Source of the DNA: Mytilus californianus
Taxonomy: Eukaryota
Reading direction: 5' to 3'
DNA length: 64,000 bases
NCBI RefSeq assembly: GCF_021869535.1
Contig: NW_026262734.1
Span: 102,858,001-102,922,000 of the forward strand
Shown: piece after piece, positions 13,341 through 25,721 of the stretch
Layout: each line of letters begins with the position of its first letter
How positions within the stretch are numbered: position 1 is the stretch's first letter
Translations under genes and position numbers: made by a program
The notes under the pieces: generated by a model
Told to the model about the DNA's origin: nothing
Databases searched by the model: none
The model's input: only the letters and a program-made list of their open reading frames with translations

Positions 13341-14168
13341 ATCTTTTCCGATCAATTTATGAAAGAAAATACCTTTAATTCGCTTTTGAACAATCGACTT
13401 TTGCGTATTATTATGTCACCCCTTTGATAAAAGGGGGGACATATTCTTATTCTACGAATTATTCTTCCACACTTTTTGTCCAGCTTAGTTCTCGGAGATG
13501 ACTTGACATACATTGATAAAACTGCTCCATAATGACAATCCCCATGTGCAGATGTGCACTTTGGGTTTGGAATTTTCAAGATGGCTGCCGTTACCATGGA
13601 AATGGCAAAAATGTGAAAAACCGAAAAATGGTCCAAATTAAATGAAACTTTATAGCTGTACAGTTAATATACAGCTTTACAGATGTACATTCGATATGCA
13701 TCTTGAGAACTGTACATCAAGATTACTTGTACTAAAGTAGCTGTGTACCTAGTCAGACTGGCCTATATTATGTATTGATAAGTTGTTATCATTTAGAATA
13801 CATAAAATATTTGCCACTGGACATTAAAATAAGCAAGAAAAATCAACCAATTAATGATTTTGCATTATCAGAATGAATTTGCAAACATATAGCAATCAGA
13901 TTATGTACATGGATAAACCTTGGAGCTTTTTCAATGAACCAGGCTCAACCAGCATATAAATATAAAAAGATGAGGTATGATCCTCAATGTGTCATTTAAA
14001 AGACCAAAGGACATTATTATTTATATAATATAATGCTATTTCACACTTTCAATTTTGTTTTTTGATCAGAATGTTTTTTTGTCAAAACATAGCCATAAGT
14101 ATTTCTATTCTTGGTGGCATTGTCAACGATTTGTATAAAGCTTTATATTTCAGAAGGTAGAAGACCTG

Positions 14169-14304
14169 GCCTTGAAGTCATAAAACTTTTGAGTCAGATT
14201 TTTGTTCTCATACTCCAAAATCAACCAATCAAAATGTTTGATTTCATGTTTCGAGCATAATTTTTGTGCTCAGAGCACTGAGCAAAGTTTTATGACTTCA
14301 ACCC
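14169..14304. mobile_element. 136-bp MITE with CTG target duplication, inserted in a HINE fragment
   Basis: TIR TTGAAGTCATAAAACTTT / AAAGTTTTATGACTTCAA. CTG at 14166-14168 and 14305-14307. Confidence 0.75.
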
Positions 14305-16994
14305 CTGGACTTCATATCTTGTTTGCAGAGGCTTATGTTACAAAGATTCTGTCTGTCATATGTCCATTGTCCTCGACCTCATTTTCATGGTTCAATAACT
14401 GCTTGAAAAAAATATATAGTTCTTTTGTCATGTGAATTTCTCACTTATGACATGTATGAGTTATAGGATATTATAACTATATTTGGTATATGGGTTCCTT
14501 GCAACATCTACATGTCTGTTAGAAGGGTTCACCTGACTTCTTCTTCATTTTTTGATCAGTGACAAGGTCCATTTCTCAAATCCTATAAGCAGTAGGTCAA
14601 CTGTAAATGTATATCAGTCTGGCAAGTCAGTCTGGCAGGTTTCATCTGATCTTGGGTATGACCTCATTTCATTTATCAATGTTAAGTTTTTGTATTTTTG
14701 CTGATTTTCAAGTACTACAAGCTTAAATAATAGGTCAACTATATTTGGTGTATAAAAAAATCGTTTGGTGTAGATGTCTGTCTGATAGGATTTATCCGAC
14801 CTTCACCTCATGGTCAAAGATCTGTAAAGTGTTAAGATTTTGTGATACTTTTAGTAATTTTACCTTTATCTTAAAGAATTTCAACATAAAATAAATGGTC
14901 AGCATGTGCACTCTTAAGTCTTGTTGAGGTACTGGTTACCTATATAGCTATGAGTTGTACGCTTAACATGCTTTGACAATTTTGTAAATACTGGTTCAAC
15001 CTACAGCTTGTATTTAATAGAGGCTCTTCCAAGTTACGGCTATGGTAGTTTGATCAAAATTCCTTCATTGTTTGATTAATCTATTGATACTGTTTCTGCA
15101 CATTGATATATGAGTACACACACAACTTTGTTTTAAGATTTCATAAATGGAAAGAAAAAAGGAAAGGCTTACATTAGTTTGACAGCAACCTTACAACAAA
15201 AAGTACAATAAACATGGACATGACAGCAGTTTTTATACAACCGCCAAAAATCACATCATCGTCCGAATTTAAAAAAAAAAATTTCTTCAAATATTATTTG
15301 GGGAGGGGTGTCAATTCGCAACAGCATAGTGTACTGCACAAAAGCAAAAAAATGAATATAAATTCAAATCATATAACCAATTCTAGTTCTTTGACTACAT
15401 TTATTCTGTGTCAGAAACCTATTATTTGTCAAATATTTAATAACAATCCAAATTCAGACCTGTATCAAGTGCGAATATTGTGTCCATTTTTGCCCCAACT
15501 GTTCAGGGTTGGACCTCTGCGGTCCTATCCAGCTGCACTCGGCAAAGCAATTTATTTTAACATGCTAAAACTCACAATATGTCATAGGCATATACTTTGT
15601 AGGCGGTTTGGGACCTCTTAAGTGTATTAGACTATTAATTATTATAACATTACTTCATGGAAGTTAAATTTATATTATTTATGAATATTTTATTTCAGTT
15701 ACCATTCACAGTGAACATGGTGAAGAATAACCAATACCATGAATACAGGACATAGAAGACTACCTCACAAATATGGGAATTTTACAAAAAATACAACATT
15801 TAAATTTACAAAGAAGACATTTATTTTGACATTCATGGACTTTGAAAGTAAAGAAATTAGAATGTGAATAAAAATCCTTGGAAATAAAATTTTGAACTTT
15901 GAAGAAGATTGAAGATTATGTTTGTTCTAAGAAAGTTTTAAGAAAACAGATACATTCAAAACTGTAAAAAGGAAACAATACAATATTCACAATTACTCTT
16001 GAGATCAATTACTCTTGATATATAATTAAAAGATCATATAAAAGTAAAGAAATTTGGTTGAATTGCCAATGAGAAAAATATCCACCAGAGTTCAAATGAT
16101 GTGATAGTGAGCAATTATAGGTCACCATATGTCCTCCAACAATGAAAAAAACCCAACTATATAGTGTGCTATGAAAAGGTTTGGATATGACAAATAGAGA
16201 AAACTAAGAGCCTTATTTTAACAAGTTAATATATGAAAGCAAAATATGAACCAAAGACAAGCACTGAAATACTTATGATTATTGTTGATTTACTCTTGAA
16301 TATTCAAGTAGAATGTTTAAAAAGATTTTAAATCAGAGTTATCATCAATATTCAACTTGTTAAACAACAAGTCACTGTATGACAGAAAATTCTATGCCAA
16401 AAACCTTGAATGTATTGCATCAGAAACAAATTTTAGATAGAACACTAGGAGACTATATAAGGAAATGCAGATAAAAAGTATCATCACCTTAAAATAAAGT
16501 ATAGCATTTTGTCATTGACAGTTCCATCAAAAGTTTCAGCAATATAACTGTTACATAAAAATCAAACCATAAAGGTATTTTTTTTCAAAATATCTCTATA
16601 TAATAATATGCATAATATTAATAGACGTTATACGTCTGTGGTACAAAAAATCCGTATTACGGACGTGGTACTAAACATCCGTATTACGGACGTAGCATTA
16701 TAAATCCGTATTACGGACGTTTAACGGATGTTTTACGGTTTGATACGGACGTATTATGGATGGGAAGCAACGGACGTTTTACGTCCGTGGTACTATTCGT
16801 CCGTAGGTTTTCCGTATAATACGGACGTATTACGGATTTTTTACGGACGTAATACGTCCGTAGCTATTTTACCTGTGTACTATGCAACTATTTTAGTTCA
16901 TAAAACATTGCGCAGTCATAAAAAAAAGTAATTTTCGGCCATATTTAAAAAATACGAAACAGACACAAAAAGATAGGATAATATGCAGGAAGTA

Positions 16995-17967
16995 AGTCAT
17001 TTCGTACCTTGACCATTTCGTACCTCTGCCATTTCGTACCTAACATTTACAATTTCGTACCCACGATAAAATCCATTTCGTACCCTATGGGACAAATGAA
17101 TCTACCATTTCGTACCTCATAGACTAAATACATGTTTACTATTTCGTATCATATATTTGTAAAAGTTCTCATGATTTTAATTTTTTTTTAATACAAAATA
17201 AATAAAATTATGCATCCAGCCGTAGAAATTTTATAAAGGCCGATGGTTGGTATGATTAAGCAGCACTTGGAAACTTTGATAGTTTTAATTACAACTTGTT
17301 TGTTTGCAGGATTTGTTCTTAATTAATGTTTCAACTATAAAAAATATGACGTTAATTAACCAACAAAGAAATAAGTATCTGCAACTGTTTTTATAGTTAT
17401 TAACAGTTGTTTTTGTCAGGAAATGTGCAGTGAAAAGTGACACAAGCTGATTTTTACTCAAACAGGAAGCCATGGATAAAAGTGTTTGCATAAGAATGTG
17501 CACCTTATATGACCAATCAAAGAACTTGCTATGGCTTTTTCAATTTGAGAAATTACAGACAACAGAAGAGTTACGAAATGGTATTCATACAAACCTTCCA
17601 TGAAGTACGAAATGGTATGCATACAAATCTTCCATAAGTTACGAAATGGCATACATATAAATCTTCCATAAGATACGAAATGGCGCACATCAATGAAACA
17701 GTGTTTACCAAGAAATGAAAAACATATAAATCTTTCATGAAGTACGAAATGGCATACATATAAATCTTCCATGAGGTACGAAATGGTATACATACAAATC
17801 TTCCATGAGGTACGAAATGGTATACATAAAAATCTTCCATGAGGTACGAAATGGTATACATGTTAATATTCCATAAGGTACGAAATGGTCAAGGTACGAA
17901 ATGGTCAGGGTGTTTTTTGCCAGGGTACGAAATGGGGGGTACGAAATAGTTAGTGTACGAAATGACT
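16995..17967. mobile_element. Foldback-type MITE with subterminal CATTTCGTACC repeats
   Basis: TIR AGTCATTTCGTAC. The motif is inverted in the right arm, which also has an approximately 34-bp tandem repeat (17565-17885). No clear TSD. Confidence 0.8.
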
Positions 17968-18289
17968 AATAAAACAAGTTCAACCCACCAGGAGATTCAA
18001 AATTATTTTTGATGTTTCTGTTGTGGTTTTGGTTGGATAATGAGTTATGTATAATCCTTTGTAATCCAAATAATTATAAAATAGCCTTTCAATACCGTCA
18101 TTGTCATGATAATTGTTTGGACTGATATTGTGAAAATAATCGCATGAAGTTCAAGATAACATGTTCGTTACATAAGTGCATTACTGTTTGTGATGTCTTG
18201 TGCTGTCTGTCGTTAATGGAAGATGTTCTTTGTTGTAGTGCGGTTTGCATGTTGTGTCGACTGTTATGTTTTTTGTTTGTGCGTTTTTC

Positions 18290-18600
18290 TGTGATGAGTG
18301 TTCTTGCGTGTGTTTGTGCTGTATTTCTGTCACGTAGTGTTGTCATTTTAGCGATATGTTTTAACATTGCCGTATATGCGGGAGGTTTGGCTAGCCATAA
18401 ATCCAGGTTCAACCCACCGTTGTTTTCTTAAAATATCCTGTACTAAGTCAGGAATATGGCAGTTGTTATCAAATAGTTCGTTTCTATGTATGTTGGCGTT
18501 TGTTTTTGTTGCACTACAGTGTTCCTCTTATAGTTGAATTTGTTTTCTCTCTATCGATTTATGACTTTTGAACAGCGGTATACTACTGTTGCATTTATTT
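18290..18600 (+). repeat. Dispersed SINE-like repeat
   Basis: Core AAATCCAGGTTCAACCCACC...TGTACTAAGTCAGGAATATGGCAGTTGTTATC plus the GAACAGCGGTATACTACTGTTGC tail. Confidence 0.75.
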
Positions 18601-18924
18601 AATTATAGTTGTTGACAAATTGTAACGTAAAAAGCTATAAAGGAGAAATATAACAAAATCATGGAACTCGTATGCCGTAATTCTAGAAATTCATAAGCAA
18701 TTACAGTTGTTAAACACATGTAATTTCTTATGAATTTCTAGATTTGACACTTATAGACCATGTTGACCTTCATAAATTTTATGTGAAGTGGATACATTTT
18801 TATGGATAATTGTAAGATTATTGCATAACAAACATAAAATAAATATCGAATAGTATACTTAACAGCTTTGGATTTAAGTATATTCCATAAACAAATTTTA
18901 AAAGTAGACAAATAGACAACATCT

Positions 18925-19860
18925 GTTGAAAAAGTAAAATAACAAAAATACCGAACTCCGAGGAAAATTCAAAACGAAAAGACAATAATCGAATGGCAAA
19001 ATCAAAAGCTCAAACACATCAAACGACGTTTCCTGACTTGGTGCAGTCATTTTCTGATGTAGAAATTTGTGGATTGAACCTGGTTTTATAGCTAGCTAAA
19101 CCTCTCACTTGTAAGACAGTCGCATTTTGAAGTGACGCCAATGGCTTCGCAAAGATTGTCCAACGTTAGCAACTCTTACTGCTAAAAAATCTATAAATGT
19201 AACTTTAGGAACAAAACATAAAATGTCATAATTAGACTTTAAACTTTATAGCTTTAAACATTAATAATACTAAAATAAGCACTGTTTAATAATAAAACCA
19301 TACAATATGCTGAACTTAATAACTATGACCTTCTTGCATGTCAAGCTCGATCTATCCTTTAGGCGTGTTTCGGTACTTATGCTTCCCGCCAATGTGTTGT
19401 TGTGATGCGGTCATTTTGTGTATTCCTGTCTTATATTTTTGCTTAATAGGTGTTTTGTCTATATGCCATTTTGTTTTTCTTTGTTGACACATTTGTTTGT
19501 TTTAATAGTGATTAAGATTATAACACAATGTTGACTGCTGTACCCCTATTTTTGACATTCTAACCTATTATGTCTATTTCGTCTTTATCAAGACAAATAA
19601 AAATGTCTGCTTGTTTGGTTCACTGATGTTATCAATATAATGGAATTTTATGCGACTGTCACACAAGTGAGAGGTTTAGCTAGCTATAAAACCAGTTTTA
19701 ATCCATCATTTGCTACATAGGGAAACGCCTGTACCAAGTCAGGAATATGACAGTTGTTTTCGATTCTTTTGATGTGTTTGAGCTTTTGATATTGCCAATT
19801 GATATGGGACTTTCCGATATGAATGTTTCTTGAGTTCGATTTTTTGTTATTTTACTTTCT
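18925..19860. repeat. Two oppositely oriented copies of a second SINE-like family (18925-19125 minus, 19640-19860 plus)
   Basis: GAGAGGTTTAGCTAGCTATAAAACCAG and its reverse complement. Shared core CAAGTCAGGAATATGACAGTTG. Confidence 0.75.
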
Positions 19861-19869
19861 ACAAATGAA

Positions 19870-21785
19870 CAGAGCAAATATTTTCTTCTGTCAATACCAG
19901 ATAATATTGACGATCTCAGTTATCGGACGGGCACAAATAAAAGGTTTCCTATTTTTTTTTCTAGTTAACCAGTTGATTCTGAATTAGCAAAGTAGATAGT
20001 ATACGAATGTCGAATTGTCAGCATCGCTGGACACTACGACAATTGGTCAGGCCTGTTCCAAAAATGTCAATAGATCTTCGTGTGTCAAGTTCTTATATCT
20101 AACTTATATCTAAAAGCTTCGTACTCATATTTTTCGAGCCATATTTATCATTCGCTCCCATGAGTCACTAATGCTAGAGTACTCTTGTGTAGCTATACTT
20201 ACCTTTGCTCCCGTGAGCCGTTAAGATAAGAGGACTTTAGTGTAGCTATACTAATTATTTTTTGCTCCCTTCGTCACTTATGTGTGAGGATTCTGGTGTA
20301 GCTATTCTCATGATCCCATGGGCCCCTTATGTGACAGCACTCTAGTGTAGCTGTACGTATTATTCGCTTTAATGACCCTTGATATGAGAGAACTAGCTAT
20401 ATTTATAATCATTCGCTCCCCTGAGTCATTAATGTGAGATGTGTAGCTATACTCGTCATCCCATGGGACCTAATATGAGAGCACTCTGGTGTAGCTATAC
20501 GTATCATTCGCTCCCATGAGCACTAATGTAAGAGGACTCTGGTGTATCTTTGTTATCATTCGTTCCCTTGGACCACTCACTATCTGGTCATGCCATCAGC
20601 CCCTTATGTGAGGGGACTCAGGTGTAGCTTTACTTATCATTCGCTCCGATGAGTCACTAATATGAGAAGACTCTGTGTAGCTATACATAGCATTCGCTCC
20701 CATGAGCAACTAATCTGAGAGGACTCAGGTGTAGCTATTCCTATCATTCGCCCCAATGATACACTAGTGTGATAAGCTCTGGTGTAGCTATACTTATCGT
20801 TCGCTCCCTTGGGCCACTTATGTGAGAGGTCTTTGGTGAAGCTATCCTTATCATTCGCTCCAAAGAGACACTTTTGTGATAAGCTCAAGTGTAGCCATAC
20901 TTATCATTCGCTCCCTTGAGCCGCTGATTTGAGAGGAATCTTGTGTAGCTAAACTTATCATTCGCTCTCGTTAGCCATTAAGGTGACAGGACTATGATGA
21001 ATCTATACTTATCATTAGCTCCCATGATCCACTAATAGGAGAGGACTCTGGTGTATTGAATTCCGTATTTTACCATACTTGTTAAGGAATGCTCCCACAT
21101 CGCCATTTCCGACATTTAAAGAATTGATCTGCAGGGCATAGGTACAATCAATAAAGTTCGAACCGCGCATTACCTCGAAGTGCTTAAATTTCGCGATGAG
21201 GACCTCATCTCATGAAACTGCCGCTTTATGAACTGCTCTCGATGAAACGCTTGTTAATAAGACCGCCAATAGTTTCGAATTTACAACGCTTTATTTTGTG
21301 CGTCAGGTGACTATTGTACAAGGTCCATAATCATCTTTACCAACTAAAACTAAATGGTGAACATAGTGATAATCTTTCGTCAGGTCAACCTGCCATTTTC
21401 TGTTCATTAAAGGCACTAAACGCACCAGTAATTTATCGACATTTGACAAACCTTAAAAGTGTACACGACACCAGTCATTTTGCAGCTTGAAATCCACTAT
21501 CCGGGAGACAAAATGGTACCTACAGTGAAATGTCTTTGCTAATGTTGTGCGTCGTTGTGACGGTCAATCAGAGAAGCACTTTGATTTTTACCGGGAATAA
21601 GGATGGGTGCATTTTCTTTTGATGCACTTCCAGCGATTCGAAGTCTTCCTCTTCTCCCAAAATTCCATTTCTATCAAAGAAGGGACATCAGGATGGGACG
21701 GAACTGTTTAGTTTTCCGACACTCAGTTTCTTTATCGGAATACCCCTTTTGAACTTCCTTGTCTATGACATTCTCAGTTTTTCGA
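19870..21785 (-). mobile_element. Decayed Bel/Pao LTR retrotransposon pol fragment (integrase region), interrupted by a 54-bp array
   Basis: Minus-strand translation with stops and shifts: GRLRIAG..APILIPGKNQSASLIDRHND.QH.QRHFTVG, EQKMAG*PDERL, VGKDDYGP, SRAVH, RGSNFI, FNTPESSPISGSWELMI, WERMINMARKI, KNLTHEDLLTFL. This follows the Bel/Pao HHCC, rve and post-core order. Confidence 0.85.
20146..21054 (-). repeat. 54-bp minisatellite (about 17 units) derived from the integrase E-motif
   Basis: Unit is roughly TATCATTCGCTCCCATGAGTCACTAATGTGAGAGGACTCTGGTGTAGCTATACT, with spacing 53-54 bp in the regular part. The minus frame reads SIATPESSHISDSWERMI. Confidence 0.9.
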
Positions 21786-21849
21786 TGAGCTTCAATAACT
21801 AAGTAAAAAGATGAAATAACTCTCTACGTCAAAAAAAAAACAAAAAAAC

Positions 21850-23009
21850 AAAACAACTATAGGTCATCGTATAGTCTTCAACAATGAGCAAAAATGTACG
21901 ACAAAGTAAGCTGTTATAGGTCAAAAACTGATAAATGTGAAACTATTCAAACGAGAAAACTTACGGCCTGATTTATTTACAAAACAATAAACGAAATACA
22001 AATCTTATATAAACAACAAATCAAAACCACTAAATTACAGGTTTCTGACTTGGGATAGGCACAAAGAAAATGTGGCGAGGTCAAACATGTTTGCTGGCGC
22101 CAAACTCTCCCCCTTATCTGGGACAGTGGTGTAACAGTACAACATATGAACAAAGCATCAACATCAGTTGAGCAGGACTTAACTCATCGCATCGATACAA
22201 GGCACAGACAGTTGGGAAAAACTATTTGTACATATCTGATACGGATTCGGCGAAATAGCAAAATCTAAATGTCAAAACTAACAACACTTCTTTGACCTAT
22301 GTCTCCGACCTCAATATCCCTCAAGTGGAATAAGAACCTTTATTAAAATGATACTAAGTCTAAATGATTTATGACGAAATATCACTTTTACTCAACTACA
22401 AAATTGGGATTGCTTTGTTCGAAACTCAGTGCGAAAAGATGACAAAACCGTTGAAAGAAAAATGTCGATATCTTTAACGTTTAAGTAGCAGTAGTGATAA
22501 CAAGGACAAGATAACAAACGTTTATAGAGAAAATGTCTTGTTTCAGAGGTGTCAATATCAGAAACCATATTTTTGGACAACCTGCCTATACACCAAAGTG
22601 TAAACAAAAGTGACAGAAGCAGACAAAATAATTCAACAAGAATCTTTTTGGAAATGTAAGTGTCTTCAACAATGAGCAAAAATATACGACAAAGTAAGCT
22701 GTTATAGGTCAAAAACTGATAAATGTGAAACTATTCAAACGAGAAAACTTACGGCCTGATTTATTTACAAAACAATAAACGAAATACAAATCTTATATAA
22801 ACAACAAATCCAAGGCACTAAATTACAGGTTTCTGACTTGGGATAGGCACAAAGAAAATGTGGCGAGGTCAAACATGTTTGCTGGCGCCAAACTCTCCCC
22901 CTTATCTGGGACAGTGGTGTAACAGTACAACATATGAACAAAGCATCAACATCAGTTGAGCAGGACTTAACTCATCGCATCGATACAATGCACAGACAGT
23001 TGGGAAAAC
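21850..23009. repeat. SINE-like repeat with a near-identical 349-bp local copy (21872-22220 and 22661-23009)
   Basis: Only about 5 visible differences between the copies. Same family as about 7255-7790, 16050-16265, 42975-43205 and 56340-56625. Confidence 0.85.
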
Positions 23010-23415
23010 CCCTAAATTCACATTAGTAATGGTTAAGAAGATTCATTCTGGTTTGAAAAATTAATTCAAGTGTCTAACACAATTTTATTTTACACTGATT
23101 TCATGCAGGTTTATGTACTATTTAATGTAATAACTAGATAATGAGCGAATACAACTTCTTTAAAATGCCATTTAAAATGCATTGCTGTTACGACATGTCC
23201 AGTGAACAATTAAAAAATCTTTTTTAATATGTGTTGCGGTTACTCAGGAGTGACGCTTACAATCAAACGTCCAAATTAGGAGCATAACCTTAAGGTGCGG
23301 CAATGACTTCAATTTTTCTGACAGCAAACAGTGAATGTCAGTGTTAATCATATGACAATATTTCTATTGCATCTGAATTAAAGTGGTCCACTTACATATC
23401 ACATATGAAAATTAC

Positions 23416-23882
23416 AAGATTTGCTAATGTTTGTTTCAATAGCATCCTCGATAATTGTAATCAACTGTTATTACATTGGTAGCATTGAATTACATTGATT
23501 TCCCAGTCAAATAAAAACCGATAATTTCACATGTGAAATAAACGTGGTTATTTCACTCTCTGACGTCATACAACAATAGGCGTTGTCAAGACGTCGATAA
23601 CGTCGGATCAAAACAAATTGTGAATGCGTAGAAAAAAGATATAGTTCCTTACATTTTCTACATTAATTTCATTAAAAAAAGCCATTTGCCAATGTAATAA
23701 AAAGAATAACTAATCAAAGAATTCAAATATCGAAAAATATTCAACTCGTGACCGAACAACACTGATAATTAACTCATGCGCTACGCGCATTCGTGAATTA
23801 ATGTGTTGTTCGGTCACTCGTTGAATATTTTTCTCTATTTGAATTCTTCGATTAGTTATTCTATAATTATTGGGATATATTG
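23416..23882 (-). pseudogene. Decayed LRR pseudo-exon interrupted by a 399-bp insertion
   Basis: Removing the insertion leaves 68 nt, ag|C AAT ATA TCC CAA TAA ... TTG ATT ACA ATT ATC GAG GAT GCT...|gtaatt. Shares its defects with 27851-27918. Confidence 0.45.
23468..23871. mobile_element. 399-bp insertion ending in a long hairpin (about 23703-23862)
   Basis: Absent from paralog B near 27900. TTATT at both junctions. Inverted arms of about 58 bp around ATGCGCTACGCGCAT. Confidence 0.75.
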
Positions 23883-24559
23883 CTGATATCTGTTAAATTA
23901 CTAAGGAGTATCGAAAAAATGGTTTTCTAGGAACAAAAAGTAAAAACAAAAATGTTTGGTTTAGTGGAGTGGGTTTAATAAACCTATTAGTTTCATGTAC
24001 ATACTATTTTATCAACATTCTTGAAAACCGAACTGTAGCACAAATAAAATACACATAAAAAAAGAAATACAGAAGAAATTAGATAATTTGTTATATATGT
24101 TACAGCTGTTAATAAATGTGTAAGAGCCAAATTGAGGGTTTACGTTTTTAGATATATGGTAATTTGAATTGAATGCTTTTAGTAAAATCGTTCCTGAAGA
24201 GTACACAAGGCATGTAAAATATATTGAAGTTAAAAGAGACCTGTAGCACATTAATGAAAAAATGGTGAACATAATTCATTTCTTCAATCCAATTATTGGA
24301 ACAACTCCTTACAGCTGTCTGACTTATGGTCAAAATAAACTAAAGTTACCTAAGGATAGACATGATATAACAAATTAGAAACACCCTACCCCAATAAAAG
24401 ACTGTAGGAGGAGAATTCGAAAATAACAGTAGCCTTACAATACCGAATGCAATATCTCTTATGTAACAAAAGTTAATGTCTTTAAAATAAAACGAACAAA
24501 CGAAAAACAAAACTTATATAGTCCAATATGATCATTTTGATTGACAAATATGACATGTA

Positions 24560-25445
24560 TAAAGTCCTCTAAGAAACCTCTTTCTAAATTATCAACATCA
24601 GATTGATCAGCAATCGAAGCCGTGCTTCAAAGTTATTGTGAAACTACCTTTTATAGAGGCGGTGTGAACCAGATGTTAATATTAAAAAAAACAAAGATCT
24701 GTTTCAAAAAGATTGACTTTTCTACCCTTTATACGTGTTTTTCCCATTCCAAACAAAAAGATAAATTAAAAGAATTTGTCCCACTTTGTTTTAGAAACGA
24801 AATGGCCAACGTAGATACAAGTATCTTGTTTAAGGGAGTAATACATTGTACTTTACAAAACACTGTAATACTGACATTATCAAGATGCTATATATCTTGA
24901 TTGAGAACATATTTGTTAAGTTTGAAGGACGTGTTGTTTCAACAAACAATCTGCATTCCCATGAGAACAAACAGTTCTCCTCTTCTTGCTGATTTACTCA
25001 TTCATATGAGGCTGACTTCATACAGGAGCGTCTTGGGAAGCATGAAAAGAAGCTAGCGTTATCCATTAACTTCATTTTCAACTAAATAGATGATGTCATA
25101 CTATTAAACAATCAAACTATGGTGACTATGTTCAACGTACCTAGCCCATCGAATTTGAAAAAAAAGGATTAACACACACAGTTAAGTATGCCTTATATTT
25201 TGTCTTGATTTTGTCTGGAATATATGTTTCACAGATGCCGACTTATATGTTCCGATTATCGTAACCAGAATCACGTCGTCTTTTCCCGAATTTGACCCAC
25301 CGAATAAGACTTATAATCGGGTTTGTATATTGTACTTATATGAGCAACATGACGTTGCTTTGTTGTGTTTTGTAAACTGGTGTTGTTAGTTTATTTTTGC
25401 CTTAAGAGTTGGAATGTCCATGTGGTATCTTTCGCCCTACTTTTA
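24560..25445 (+). mobile_element. Degenerate Naiad-type Penelope-like RT fragment and 3' end
   Basis: LQSYCETTFYRGGVNQMLILKK...DFSTLYT and downstream LIENIFVKFEG-like segments, collinear with 62590-63515. Confidence 0.7.
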
Positions 25446-25649
25446 TTTTACATGAAAATATACGGACATTGATGTTCGTTCTGCTATAAAAATTCTTAAT
25501 TGGTCCTAAACAACGTCAATTGTAGTTTATTTATCTGCTAAAATGAGGATCAAAACGTTTAAGGAGACTACATATCATTAACTTGTTGTTTAAAAAAATT
25601 AAATACACTTGTATTATTGTTCCGTGAATACTTTGTTAGAAATACTTAC

Positions 25650-25721
25650 AGTTCTCGTAAATTCAAGTTGTTAGCGAAAATATTCTGCGGTAAACTATCT
25701 ATATTGTTGCCTCCAAGATCA
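25650..25721 (-). CDS. LRR exon 7 of the minus-strand LRR gene: DLGGNNIDSLPQNIFANNLNLREL
   Basis: 72 nt, ctttcttttattatag|T...CT|gtaagt, phase 2/2, no stop. Confidence 0.9.

Larger units (their letters stand above)
3944..16877. mobile_element. 12.9-kb CACTA/EnSpm (CMC)-like DNA transposon, non-autonomous or decayed
   Basis: Perfect 24-bp TIR CACAGGTAAAATAGCTACGGACGT at both ends, TA flanking both sides, and subterminal arrays of TACGGACGT/ACGTCCGTA (3944-4168, 16620-16877). No intact transposase seen. Confidence 0.85.

Noticed and set aside
19304-19375. Open 72-nt, phase 2/2 minus-strand segment with a GTATGG donor (TETRLKDRSSLTCKKVIVIKFSIL)
   Set aside because: No LRR pattern and a purine-rich acceptor. 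Probably chance, though worth a glance in RNA-seq.
20146-21054. Regular 54-bp array as a CRISPR or as a coding repeat protein
   Set aside because: No unique spacers, eukaryotic context, and frames broken by indels and stops.
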